Translations under genes and position numbers: made by a program | DNA from: a virus | DNA: 64,000 bases | Direction: 5' to 3' (one strand) | Virus record (IMG/VR): IMGVR_UViG_3300044617_000796 | Span: 32,001 to 96,000 of that record | Shown: positions 9,541 to 19,409 of the stretch, piece after piece | How positions within the stretch are numbered: position 1 is the first letter of the stretch | How the letters are laid out: each line of letters begins with the position of its first letter | The notes under the pieces: generated by a model | What the model was told of the DNA's origin: nothing | Database searches by the model: none | Seen by the model: only the letters and a program-made list of their open reading frames with translations

Positions 9541-9568
9541 AAAGGCGGGGCTTGAATTAGCCCCGCCC
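9541..9568 (-). terminator. Intrinsic terminator after the capsid gene
   Basis: GGCGGGGCT/AGCCCCGCC stem followed by TTTT on the minus strand. Confidence 0.75.
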
Positions 9569-9591
9569 AATATCTACTTTAATTGTTTAAA

Positions 9592-10638
9592 TTAGAGTGA
9601 ACGCAACTTAACATTCTTACCGATTACATATGAATCAGCATTTTCAATGTTGTTTGCAACTCTCATGTACTGTGTGTACTCAATTGTGTCAGTCTTTGGC
9701 TTGAACTGGCGATACACTGTAATGTCACGGTGGATACCAATTACACGGTTGTTAGGGAATGTGAGTTCCACAAAACCATGCGAGCCTGCTGTGCCTGAGT
9801 AGTCACCAGCTGCAGTTTCTGGCATCAAAGGTACTTCAACAAGAGGAATACCGAATGGTGAAAGACCAGTTGCACCTGGACCACCATTTGCTCTCATTGA
9901 ACCTTGCAAGAACGCCATTTCACCAGCTGTTGACATTGGAGCAGGTGCGCCTGCTGTTGCCTCAGTTGCCGAGTTTGGATTACCCAAGCTATAAATTGAA
10001 TCCTGAACAAGTCCTGGACCTGTGAAGAATCGCAATTCATTGCGGCGCTGCAAGTACTTGCTTGGCAAGGTACGAAGAACTTTGTCAAAGACCGAACGGG
10101 AAATGTTATTTCCTCCGAAGTCTACAACATCTCCGCTTGTTCTTGCAAGCTTATTGAAGCCATCCAAAGCCTTAAGAAGACCGTTGTTTGACGATGTGTT
10201 ACCGTTGATAAACAAGTCATCAAGGTCGTTTGCTGTCTGGCGAGCCATGATCTGTGCGATATGGTCTTCCAGTGAAGCGCCCTCAATGTTGTCTTCCAAC
10301 GATTCTGTTGAAATATTCCAGTCAAGACGAAGCTTTACAGTTGAAAGCGATACCTTGCTGAATGTGACAGCTGCGTTTGTGCCATCATCTGTTGCTTCGG
10401 TTGCCTTTGCAAGCAAACGAGTGCCGACAGACACCTTGTCAATGTCCATCTGTGGAGTACGCATACGAATTACTCGTGCGTTCTTCATCAATACTGATTG
10501 ATCAACAACAAAGTCAAGGAAGCGATTTGCTTGCTCTGGGTAGAGAAGTCCACCACCACCACTGACTGGGCTGCTGTTTGAAACTACCGCAGTAGTTACC
10601 TCATTGGCTTTTGCCAAAATTTCTTCTTGTGTTGCCAT
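9592..10638 (-). CDS. Major capsid protein (HK97 fold)
   Basis: GGGLL.PEQANRF, ISTESLEDNIEG and ANDLDDLFINGN motifs; downstream of protease and portal. Confidence 0.9.
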   Translation of the reverse strand: MATQEEILAKANEVTTAVVSNSSPVSGGGGLLYPEQANRFLDFVVDQSVLMKNARVIRMRTPQMDIDKVSVGTRLLAKATEATDDGTNAAVTFSKVSLSTVKLRLDWNISTESLEDNIEGASLEDHIAQIMARQTANDLDDLFINGNTSSNNGLLKALDGFNKLARTSGDVVDFGGNNISRSVFDKVLRTLPSKYLQRRNELRFFTGPGLVQDSIYSLGNPNSATEATAGAPAPMSTAGEMAFLQGSMRANGGPGATGLSPFGIPLVEVPLMPETAAGDYSGTAGSHGFVELTFPNNRVIGIHRDITVYRQFKPKTDTIEYTQYMRVANNIENADSYVIGKNVKLRSL

Positions 10639-10658
10639 AGTAGTTTTTCCTCCTTACC

Positions 10659-12482
10659 TTATGACCTATAACCTAGGGAGTTAATTAACTCCTGTGGCAA
10701 ATATGTATTTCTCCAGAATGAAGTAGGTGCAGACTTGGCAAGTGCCTCTTCTGCTACTTCTTCATCATCTTCTGGATCTACGCTCTTTTTTACAGCGCCA
10801 GCTGCGGCAAATGCCTCAACCTTTTCTGTTTGCTCAGCGAGAGCCAACTCTGCTGTTTCCAGCTTTTGTTGAAGCTCAGTACTCTGAACCTCAAAACCCT
10901 TAGCAACTGCTTCAATTTTTTCCTGAACAGAGGCTTCAACTTCTTCCTTGATTGAAGTAGCAAAACTAGCCAGTTTTTCATCAACAACAGCACTCAGAGC
11001 ATCTTTAAGAACATTAATGTCCATTTCTTCCTCCTGTGTGTCTCCACTTACTTCAACGGAAGTTGAAGTTGTTTCTTCTGCGACATCTGGAACAAGCCAT
11101 CCAATAAACTTTTTCAATAGACTAAGCTTATTAATTTCTTGTTCATTCATGTCAGAGATCTTATCATAAGTATCATTTAATTGCAATTCAGAGTCTTGCT
11201 GAATAATAGAATCCATTTTCTCAATCATCTCCTTAATTGTATCAAAAAGCTCACCGTCTTGTAAGGACATTTCGCTTTTTGTTGTCTTTTGAGCAGGGTT
11301 ATTTGGAACACAATTTGGAACCATGTTTCCATCCGCACCCTTCTTTTCACCTTCTTGGTGATAACCTTCCCCGCAGGGACTGTCTTCTTTCTTAATTTTC
11401 TTTTTTGGCTTAAACTTTGGGGAGCCAGATGGAAAAGGAGGAACAGTCGGTGATGCGATACCGTTTCTTGCTGGATACTTAGATTCTGCATTTTCTGTTG
11501 TTACAGACGCATCTTTCTCAACATCTTCACAAGAATTGCAACCACAGTCACAGCCTTGATCCTTCATTAATTCCAAAACGACATCCAACAAATCTTCGTC
11601 AAAATCATTTTCTAAGAAACCTTTTTTCTTTGAGTTCGCATAGCGCTCAAGCAATCTACGACCTTTCGCAGCCAGCTTTGCTGCATCCGATCTGTCCTGA
11701 GGAACAGGCTCACCCCACGCCGCTGCTGAAAGCGCAAGCCGTGTAGGTTCACCATTTGGCTTCTTCATTGGTCCAGATGGGTTTGTAAAAAATCTTGTAA
11801 GGAACGATCCCTTGCGGCGCATTTTTTCTGGAGTATCAGCAGCACCACGGACACCTGGCTTTAAGTTTGCACCTTCTGTTTCTTTGAAGTGCCTTCTTCC
11901 AGCAGCAGTAAGACCACCTTTTGGATCTTTAATAGGTTGCTTTGCTTTCGCCAATTGGCAATCAAGGTCGCAATCAAGAGCGTATTTAAGCAAGCCTTCA
12001 TCATTTACTTTAATAATATCAATAATGGCTAAAGCGTTGGCTGGGTTATCTACAAGACTAAGCTCGCCAAGAACATACTTTTTAATAATATTGACTGGCT
12101 TACCACGAAACATCTTGTCAGCCGATTCTGACTTTTCAATTACTTTGCCGCCAATTGAGAAAGAACGGAGAGTTCCGTCAAGAACTTTCTGCCAGGTATC
12201 TTCAGCCCCCTTGGAGATGTAAGCTTCTACTTTAACAGCATTATAGGATGTTCCATCAGCGCCAGTAATAACAACTGGCTCATATTTGACAGCCTTGCCT
12301 ACTGCAACAGGGGCGTGCATTTCTCTAATGTTGCCGCCCCAGTTTGCAAAAGCTTCCTTGGATGCCTCAAAGTCAACAATATCACCAGCCTTGTCAATAT
12401 TGTCTGCAGTGGCAATGCCGACTACAATCCGTTGTTCCCGCTTAATCATATCAATTGGGAATGAAATATTAAAATCCGACAT
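10659..12482 (-). CDS. Prohead maturation protease fused to passenger domains and a scaffold
   Basis: D..GD.VD, IREMH, SFSIGG and ELSLVD.PAN HK97-type protease motifs; acidic coiled-coil C-terminus. Confidence 0.85.
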   Translation of the reverse strand: MSDFNISFPIDMIKREQRIVVGIATADNIDKAGDIVDFEASKEAFANWGGNIREMHAPVAVGKAVKYEPVVITGADGTSYNAVKVEAYISKGAEDTWQKVLDGTLRSFSIGGKVIEKSESADKMFRGKPVNIIKKYVLGELSLVDNPANALAIIDIIKVNDEGLLKYALDCDLDCQLAKAKQPIKDPKGGLTAAGRRHFKETEGANLKPGVRGAADTPEKMRRKGSFLTRFFTNPSGPMKKPNGEPTRLALSAAAWGEPVPQDRSDAAKLAAKGRRLLERYANSKKKGFLENDFDEDLLDVVLELMKDQGCDCGCNSCEDVEKDASVTTENAESKYPARNGIASPTVPPFPSGSPKFKPKKKIKKEDSPCGEGYHQEGEKKGADGNMVPNCVPNNPAQKTTKSEMSLQDGELFDTIKEMIEKMDSIIQQDSELQLNDTYDKISDMNEQEINKLSLLKKFIGWLVPDVAEETTSTSVEVSGDTQEEEMDINVLKDALSAVVDEKLASFATSIKEEVEASVQEKIEAVAKGFEVQSTELQQKLETAELALAEQTEKVEAFAAAGAVKKSVDPEDDEEVAEEALAKSAPTSFWRNTYLPQELINSLGYRS

Positions 12483-12549
12483 TTAACCCTCGTAATTTAC
12501 AAGCATATATCATATTGACAATTATTGCAAATTATCCTAATCCTTCTGA

Positions 12550-12801
12550 TCAGCCTAACGCAAAAACTGCTACAGCAGAAGAGGCGGTGACTACCTGAAT
12601 GGTTGTATAATCGCCATCAATTTCTATATATTCCGTAGACTCTGCTGGAAGGAGGATTGTATATTGATCATTAAGCTTAATATCAACATCAGTAGCTCCC
12701 TTGTTGTAAACATACAGCTCACTTGTATGTTGTCCAATATTTACAACTCCATCTGCTGTCACTAAATTCTTGTTTGAATATACCAAACTACTTTCACTCA
12801 T
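12550..12801 (-). CDS. Hypothetical head-region protein (start reassigned)
   Basis: SD AGGAG before ATG 12801. Confidence 0.55.
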   Translation of the reverse strand: MSESSLVYSNKNLVTADGVVNIGQHTSELYVYNKGATDVDIKLNDQYTILLPAESTEYIEIDGDYTTIQVVTASSAVAVFALG

Positions 12802-14455
12802 TGTATTCTCCTTGATTAAACTTACTGGTTGAATCATTGTTCACTCCAGAATCTTGATTTTGACCACGCTCTGCTTGGGCTCCATCTGCTCTTGGGTCGC
12901 TTGTTGCCCCATCACCTGTTGGTGACTTAGGCGGTTCTGATGCAGAGTTGTTATCATTTCCAAAAGGAGCACCAGGACCATTTTTGCCTGAATCGTTTTG
13001 TTCTTTCTTAACATTCGTTGGGAATGGAAGAACTTCATCGCCATCATATCTTTCTGGAAGACCGATCTGGCTTCTGACTTCGTTTGGCGTAATAACTTCT
13101 GTCCTAAGATATCTATCGTTAATTCTTGACTGGATGTCTTCGTCAACCAAGTCAATCTTCTTAAGATGAATCTGCATTAGATCAGTAAACTCACCAACAA
13201 TCCTATTTAGTTTTTTTTCAATAATTGCCTGATCTGGTCCAATCACTTGCATCTTAAAACTCTTATCCGCATCTCTTGACACAGCCAGGTTTGCATTGTC
13301 ATAAACTCCAACTTTCGGGGCAGGGACTCTGTTTGCTACAAGAATTTCATCTCTGTTTGATTTACGATATTTATCAAATGATGAATCCTGAATTCCAGCT
13401 TCAAGTTTTTCAAACTTAATGTCAGTATTTGTTCCAAGGCTGGCAGGAAGTGGAATTACCAATGTCCCATGATTACGACCTTTAACTTCATTTCTAAAGT
13501 AGTTAATCAATTCCTGTTTTGACTTATTACTAAGCTTTGCACCCTTAAGAATAATTGCATAACGGGGAATTGCTTTGTTTTCAAAATAATCAATGTTATA
13601 TTCTTTTGCAAATTTATCACCAATGATCGCTGTTGCGGCTGACACTGCGGAAGGAATTCCATAGTATGTATTGTTTGGTGAATAAATTTTAAAGTGGATT
13701 AATTCGTTAGGTTTTGGATCGTTATTAATTGGGTCTGGAGTTTCTTTATCTTGAAACTGTCTAAAAAACACCGCTTGGATTTTATTTGTTTTTGCAATCT
13801 GCACATAACCGTCACGCTTTCTGCGAACACGAACTAGCGTTGCAGGGACATGTCCGATGTAACCAATCTTGCCAGCATTGTTTCTACCAATTTCAAGATA
13901 TCCGTTCCCTACAGTTAAAACATCTTGCCAAACACGAACCATTGTCTCAATCAATGTTTCTTCAATATTTAAACTTTCAAATGTTTCATCAAGATCTTCT
14001 TTTAAATCCTGATACTGCTGGCGAAGTCTTGTAAGTTTTTCTTCACCAGCTTGCGCTTTTTCAATTCTTCTTTTAGCCTTTAGTGTCTCTTGAAACTCGT
14101 AACCAAGACCAACTGTGTTCATAACTCTTGCATTAATAGCTGCATAATGAATTGCGCTTTGATCATACAAGCCAGCCAGCGTGTCTAGATCGTAAGGAGG
14201 GTTTACAATGTCGTAAAGTGAATATCCACTTACAACTTCTGGATCAACATATTTTGACTTGGTACCGTCTTCTCCTTCATGTTTCTTTTGAAGACGCACA
14301 GCTTTGCGCTTCATTTTTGGAGAAAGGCTGTCAATTTTTACTAAATCAAACGGATCAAATGTTTCAACTTTACTTGTGAACCCCATGTATGAAATATCAT
14401 CAATTTCTTGATCAAGAATAATTGTTTCTTCAACCAACTCTGTTTTACTTTCCAT
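12794..14455 (-). CDS. Portal protein
   Basis: GNGYLEI.RN, YYGIP, YFENKAIP, RDEILVANRVP and ITPNEVR..IGL motifs; SD before ATG 14455. Confidence 0.9.
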   Translation of the reverse strand: MESKTELVEETIILDQEIDDISYMGFTSKVETFDPFDLVKIDSLSPKMKRKAVRLQKKHEGEDGTKSKYVDPEVVSGYSLYDIVNPPYDLDTLAGLYDQSAIHYAAINARVMNTVGLGYEFQETLKAKRRIEKAQAGEEKLTRLRQQYQDLKEDLDETFESLNIEETLIETMVRVWQDVLTVGNGYLEIGRNNAGKIGYIGHVPATLVRVRRKRDGYVQIAKTNKIQAVFFRQFQDKETPDPINNDPKPNELIHFKIYSPNNTYYGIPSAVSAATAIIGDKFAKEYNIDYFENKAIPRYAIILKGAKLSNKSKQELINYFRNEVKGRNHGTLVIPLPASLGTNTDIKFEKLEAGIQDSSFDKYRKSNRDEILVANRVPAPKVGVYDNANLAVSRDADKSFKMQVIGPDQAIIEKKLNRIVGEFTDLMQIHLKKIDLVDEDIQSRINDRYLRTEVITPNEVRSQIGLPERYDGDEVLPFPTNVKKEQNDSGKNGPGAPFGNDNNSASEPPKSPTGDGATSDPRADGAQAERGQNQDSGVNNDSTSKFNQGEYNE

Positions 14456-14792
14456 TAGCGCTCCTGTTTGAGAAATGATCGTCATACATATCTTCAAATG
14501 GATCAGCTATCAAACCATCATTCAACCTTTCAACCTGATCATCCTTTTCTGATGCTGAGATTTTTCTTGCACCAGCAACCCACTTAACTAAACCATCAGC
14601 ATCACCGCTCCAGTAGCGACCAGCTTCCAAAACCCTTCTTTCAACATCTAGGTCATACATAAGACCTTCGGCGCACAGCACGCCTCCATCTCCATCTGAA
14701 AGGGCTTCATCTTTTGAAGTAAAGTAAACACACACACCGTGAGGTCTTTCTGGAACCCAGATGTTTTTGCTTTTAATCATATTTGACGACAT
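14445..14792 (-). CDS. Hypothetical protein upstream of portal
   Basis: TATAAT ends 7 nt before ATG; overlaps portal start. Confidence 0.6.
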   Translation of the reverse strand: MSSNMIKSKNIWVPERPHGVCVYFTSKDEALSDGDGGVLCAEGLMYDLDVERRVLEAGRYWSGDADGLVKWVAGARKISASEKDDQVERLNDGLIADPFEDMYDDHFSNRSANGK

Positions 14793-14845
14793 ACGGTAAA
14801 TTATACACCACTTTTATTAAAAAATGATACACAAGTGTTCAGATA

Positions 14846-16774
14846 TCAACGAATTGGGCATGCGCCTGTAGCACAGTCATCTAATTCAATTGATAAATCG
14901 CTTGACATCTGTTGCAATGGTACAGAAAGGTTGAGTTTTGACAATGTTTTGTCATACTCTTCCTTTGTAATCTCCTCGTAAGGGGGCAAAGGGAAGTTAT
15001 GGTCTACATGCAAAAGGAACGATACAGACTTGACACTCTTATCATAATTCTTTGCCAGCCATTCTTGAATAGCTGGGAGTTCCTCTTTGCGGTAATAAAC
15101 TGTCACTGAAACCGCATTATCTGCCCACTCAGCCTGCATCTTCTTAACCCATTCAAGTTGCTCAATAGCAGTCATGTTTGCTGCCAACACTGCACCCTCT
15201 GGTGATTTGCATGGGAACTCAACAACATATCGGCTGTGATCTTCTCTACCATCAAGCCCCATATCCCAAGTAACTTTATAACCACGCTTCCTGCATGCGT
15301 CAACAAGCGGGTCAACCGAACTAAACCGAACCCTGCGAATGTAGTACTGAGCAAAGGCTGGGTGAATTCCAGGAGTAACACCTGGAAGTAAGGACAGCGT
15401 TCCAGATGGCTGGACAGTAGTCAAGCGAACAGACTCAGGGAAGCCTTGTTCACGAGAGTAGTCTTTATCCAGCGCCCGCAAGTATTCATAAGCCGTTTTC
15501 AGCCATCCAATTTGAACCTCTGTGCACTGCAAAATTCCAGTTACAGACTGTCCAAGTCTTGCGTTCTTATGAACAACAGTGTTTGTTTTTTCATATGGGT
15601 ACGAAAGCCTTGTGATCTGCTTTTGCACCATGTACAAAAGTCTTGAGATTTCCATGAGTTGTGCTAGCGATTCAATGTTTGGCAAAAAGATTGTTGCAAG
15701 GTTGCATGACTCACCATCTGCAAGTGCAATCTCTGCGCATGGGTTGAAACCCTCAATAGTTGGGTCTGGCATCTTCTCGCCCAATCTTCCGTGTGTTCTT
15801 GCAAGCTTTCTATTCAACAAACCGTATGGCTCGCCAGTTCCGTCATAACCTTTCCAGAACTCTGCAACAATTTCATCATACGAGTCGGCATAGATAGAGT
15901 TGTTTGAGTTTGCTCTCCATGCAGGAACATTGCCGCTACCCCAATTCTTTGCTCTAATAAACAACATGTCATCAGGGTCTCCAATTGCAATCTGCGCCGA
16001 TCTGCGTGATGAACCAGAGACAACAATTCTTCCAATGATGTTGCAAATATCAAGAACATCAATTGAACGAAGCTTCTTTCCAACTCTCTGATCTAAAACT
16101 TTTGAAATATCTACAATGCCATCTACAAGCGCACCAGAGCCAGAGGCTGTTCCACCAAATGTCTTGAGTGGTGTTCCAAACTCACGAATCAACAAAGTTG
16201 AGTATGTAAAAGATTTACCAGTTACAAAGTAGGACTCAAGAACTTTATGGAGCAATTCCCTCCAGCCCTGTCTTGAGTCTGGAACAATAAAATCTGCGTC
16301 ATTTGTTTTTTCGGCTGTAATGTAATCTACTTTTTTAACCTTTGGCAAATCATGAATCTTTGAACGCTCAACAGAAAAACCAACCCCACCGCCAAGCATC
16401 AAGTAATCAAACAGAAGTTCAAAATCTTCAATCTTCTCAATGTTTGTAAAAAAACAATTATTAAGAGAAGTTCCTGAGAACTTCTTTACAAGAGGCGTAC
16501 CAAGTTGCCAGAGGGCTCTGCCAGAAACTGAGCACCTAAGGTTGAACATGTGATCAAACAAAGCTTCCGCTTCAGATTGCGTAAATGGAACTCCAATTTC
16601 AATAGCGCCATCAATAATTCTCTTGATTGTTTCAACCCAGGTCTCACTTCTGTCGGTTCCTTCAACTTTACGACTATATGTTCTTAAATAAACTACTTCT
16701 CCAAGACCACCAAAACCCCAAGGTGCGGTTCTTGAATTATAGCTATTAATAAAATCTGTTGTAAAAATTGACAT
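14846..16774 (-). CDS. nrdJ: Adenosylcobalamin-dependent (class II, monomeric type) ribonucleotide reductase
   Basis: RTYSR, LNNCFF, GGGVGFS, NPCAEI, SCNL, TTVQPSGT motifs and C-terminal CATGACPIR. Confidence 0.9.
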   Translation of the reverse strand: MSIFTTDFINSYNSRTAPWGFGGLGEVVYLRTYSRKVEGTDRSETWVETIKRIIDGAIEIGVPFTQSEAEALFDHMFNLRCSVSGRALWQLGTPLVKKFSGTSLNNCFFTNIEKIEDFELLFDYLMLGGGVGFSVERSKIHDLPKVKKVDYITAEKTNDADFIVPDSRQGWRELLHKVLESYFVTGKSFTYSTLLIREFGTPLKTFGGTASGSGALVDGIVDISKVLDQRVGKKLRSIDVLDICNIIGRIVVSGSSRRSAQIAIGDPDDMLFIRAKNWGSGNVPAWRANSNNSIYADSYDEIVAEFWKGYDGTGEPYGLLNRKLARTHGRLGEKMPDPTIEGFNPCAEIALADGESCNLATIFLPNIESLAQLMEISRLLYMVQKQITRLSYPYEKTNTVVHKNARLGQSVTGILQCTEVQIGWLKTAYEYLRALDKDYSREQGFPESVRLTTVQPSGTLSLLPGVTPGIHPAFAQYYIRRVRFSSVDPLVDACRKRGYKVTWDMGLDGREDHSRYVVEFPCKSPEGAVLAANMTAIEQLEWVKKMQAEWADNAVSVTVYYRKEELPAIQEWLAKNYDKSVKSVSFLLHVDHNFPLPPYEEITKEEYDKTLSKLNLSVPLQQMSSDLSIELDDCATGACPIR

Positions 16775-16846
16775 GACATACCTCCAAAAGTAAGAACAAC
16801 CATCTTACCCTGCGGGCAGACTCGGTGCAACCAAAAATACTTAGGT

Positions 16847-17860
16847 CTAAGAGAAATTATTTTCGTAGAAAACTATTCTTTCAAGAATTTTATCTGCAAC
16901 GCTTGACCAAGAGTGCTCGTTGTGCAGTGTGCGTGCAGATTGAATTGTATATTTTTTAAACTCATCATATTCAGAAACAACATGAGTCATAAGATCCATC
17001 AATTGTTCCATATCAGGATAAGCCCATAACCCTGTGTCTTCACCGTACTGATGGCTATTCCAATCCGCATTACCCATCTTGCATGAAAGAGGTATTGAAT
17101 ATTTTGCAAAATCACTACATCCAGTTGCATCTGTCACAATTGTTGGCATACCAGTACAAATTGCTTCAAAAGGTATCATACCAAAACCTTCACCACTAGT
17201 TGGGTAAACAAGGCAATGACATTTGTGATAGAGCTTAACTAAATCCTCCGTGCTTAAGTTATCTGGAATACCGTATATTTGAGGATGCTGAATAGCTGGA
17301 ACAAGATTGTTGTCAATATAAACTTCTGCCTGGCAAAAACCATTGTATTTAAGTACAAGCTTAAAGTCATCATTACCTTCATAAAGATCAAGAAATGCAT
17401 CAACAACCATTTGCGCATTTTTTCTTTTTGAATCACCGCCAACATGCAAGAAATTAAATGTCCCTGTGACTTCTCTATCAATTATTTTGAATTCATCAGA
17501 GATGCCGTGCGGAATAACATGAATGTTATGATGCACATTGTTTTGAATATATACATCTTTTACAAAATTAGATGTAGCCCATATCTCATCCATTTGTTGC
17601 ATGTTGTATTTCCAACCAACTGGGATTTTGGTTGACTCCCAAGGAGTATATCCTACCTTGTATAAACTCTGCATTTGATAGTAATGAGGCTGACAGAAGT
17701 TAACATGGAAAGGTATTTCATTCCTATTGTAGAACACAGCTACATCTTTCTCTCTAAGAGCAGCAATAGTGCTAATAGCCGCATTGCTATAGCCTTGACT
17801 ATACCAATGGACACCACTAACATCAATACTACCAGGACTAAACCAGCTGATTTTTTTCAT
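16847..17860 (-). CDS. Glycosyltransferase (GT4/GT-B)
   Basis: WESTKIP, RKN and YPTSGEGFGMIPFEA motifs. Confidence 0.85.
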   Translation of the reverse strand: MKKISWFSPGSIDVSGVHWYSQGYSNAAISTIAALREKDVAVFYNRNEIPFHVNFCQPHYYQMQSLYKVGYTPWESTKIPVGWKYNMQQMDEIWATSNFVKDVYIQNNVHHNIHVIPHGISDEFKIIDREVTGTFNFLHVGGDSKRKNAQMVVDAFLDLYEGNDDFKLVLKYNGFCQAEVYIDNNLVPAIQHPQIYGIPDNLSTEDLVKLYHKCHCLVYPTSGEGFGMIPFEAICTGMPTIVTDATGCSDFAKYSIPLSCKMGNADWNSHQYGEDTGLWAYPDMEQLMDLMTHVVSEYDEFKKYTIQSARTLHNEHSWSSVADKILERIVFYENNFS

Positions 17861-17866
17861 AAAATA

Positions 17867-18112
17867 CTATGTGCGCTTTCGCTTTTTTTTTGGTTCCTCA
17901 ATTGTTCCATTAAAGTCTAAACAGTTTACACCATTTTTAAAAAAAATTTCTGCGTCTTTTTCAGAAATCTCGCAGGTGACTGGGATGTGTGTGAACATAC
18001 ATCTTGAAGCTGCTACATAGTAATCATTCATTTTTATGATTGAGATGAAATCGGAGTCCATTATGGCAGCACCGCTGCATTCATCAGACTCAACAATCCC
18101 GACAATTCTCAT
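17867..18112 (-). CDS. Hypothetical protein (leaderless)
   Basis: GTGG-TATACT ends 6 nt before ATG. Confidence 0.5.
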   Translation of the reverse strand: MRIVGIVESDECSGAAIMDSDFISIIKMNDYYVAASRCMFTHIPVTCEISEKDAEIFFKNGVNCLDFNGTIEEPKKKRKRT

Positions 18113-18312
18113 AACTGAAGTATACCACCGTATTCTTTATACTAAGAGTACCAAGTGTACTAGTATACTTAATTGTTTATAAGTATATAAGTATATAGAG
18201 TACCTCGCTCGCTTTGCATGCGAAGCATACCAGTATTTTGCGACTTTTGCATCACTTTTGCAATTTTTTTTTATTCAATCAAATCTGGGAAAAGATGGTG
18301 TATCATATACCT

Positions 18313-18489
18313 ATGAACTTCTTTTACTTTGTAATTTACGCCGCTTATTTGGTACTTAATGCATTAATGTTTAAACTCGCAATTAGCTGGGGTTTTGAAC
18401 ACCAAATTGGTTGGAAGTCTGCTTTGATGTTTTCTTTCTTAGCAAGCAGTTTTGCTCTATTCCATAAAAATCGTGCTAAACCCGAATGA
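18313..18489 (+). CDS. Small two-TM membrane protein (start reassigned)
   Basis: Hydrophobic segments; TATCAT ends 6 nt before ATG 18313. Confidence 0.5.
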   Translation: MNFFYFVIYAAYLVLNALMFKLAISWGFEHQIGWKSALMFSFLASSFALFHKNRAKPE

Positions 18490-18874
18490 CATTGATTTCT
18501 CATATCTAGAAGGTAAGAGAGTACTTGTTCTCTCAGATACAAGCTATAGACATGAGTATATAGTTAACTTTATTGAGAAGCTTAACAAATCTAAAGTTTA
18601 TATTTATATATCTCCAGCTACAACTTCTAGGTTTATTAAACTGTGGACAAAGACTGCAATTGATAAGAATGCTGAAATTATTTACGATAAACATTATGAA
18701 TATTTTTATACAAATAAAATTGATGATTATGAAATATGCATTATACTTGGTAAAAAGAAATCAAAAGAAACTCCCATATTAACTAGATTAGTTCGTGACA
18801 TGCTTTTGACTTATAAGAATATAACAATTGTTACAGAAAAAGGAATTGATTGCGATGAGAATTATACCGTATGA
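18452..18874 (+). CDS. Hypothetical protein
   Basis: Overlapping operon arrangement; start uncertain. Confidence 0.45.
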   Translation: MLYSIKIVLNPNDIDFSYLEGKRVLVLSDTSYRHEYIVNFIEKLNKSKVYIYISPATTSRFIKLWTKTAIDKNAEIIYDKHYEYFYTNKIDDYEICIILGKKKSKETPILTRLVRDMLLTYKNITIVTEKGIDCDENYTV

Positions 18875-19103
18875 TGGCGAAGAAAATTTAGAAGATATTG
18901 AGAGCCTTTCTATTGTGATTAAAGCTGTTCCATTTGAAGGAAGTTTTGTTCCAGCCTTCTTTATACAAAGTCCAGAAGATAATTATCCAATGACGCTGGA
19001 TGAAGTTAATTCTTTAATGGATGGAGTTGAAATTGCAAGAAACTCTTTAGATCACATTATTGCTTATTTAATAAGACAAGACTTTGATGGAGGAAGTTTG
19101 TAA
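18855..19103 (+). CDS. Hypothetical protein
   Basis: AAGGA upstream of ATG; TAATG overlap with next ORF. Confidence 0.5.
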   Translation: MRIIPYDGEENLEDIESLSIVIKAVPFEGSFVPAFFIQSPEDNYPMTLDEVNSLMDGVEIARNSLDHIIAYLIRQDFDGGSL

Positions 19104-19390
19104 TGTTGTTGGGTGGTTTAAAAAAAGACTTTCCTTATCCAGATAAATTGTGCCCGTATTGCAATTGGTTGCTTGTGCCAGTTAATGCAATACATTGGCA
19201 AGAGGATATATATCAATACAAAGCTTTATATTTAGACAAGAATCCCGACTGTCCTGCTTATAATGAAGGTGCAAGACGGGCTTATGCTCGGATATACTAT
19301 ACATCAGAGGATGCCTTCTTTTACTTCAAAGATGTTCAAATGCCAGTACAGCGCTGGACTCAAGAGGAGCTATATTCGTATTACCAATAA
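19103..19390 (+). CDS. Hypothetical protein with CxxC
   Basis: ORF with SD GGAGG. Confidence 0.5.
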   Translation: MLLGGLKKDFPYPDKLCPYCNWLLVPVNAIHWQEDIYQYKALYLDKNPDCPAYNEGARRAYARIYYTSEDAFFYFKDVQMPVQRWTQEELYSYYQ

Positions 19391-19409
19391 TATGGTAAAA
19401 TATTAGATT

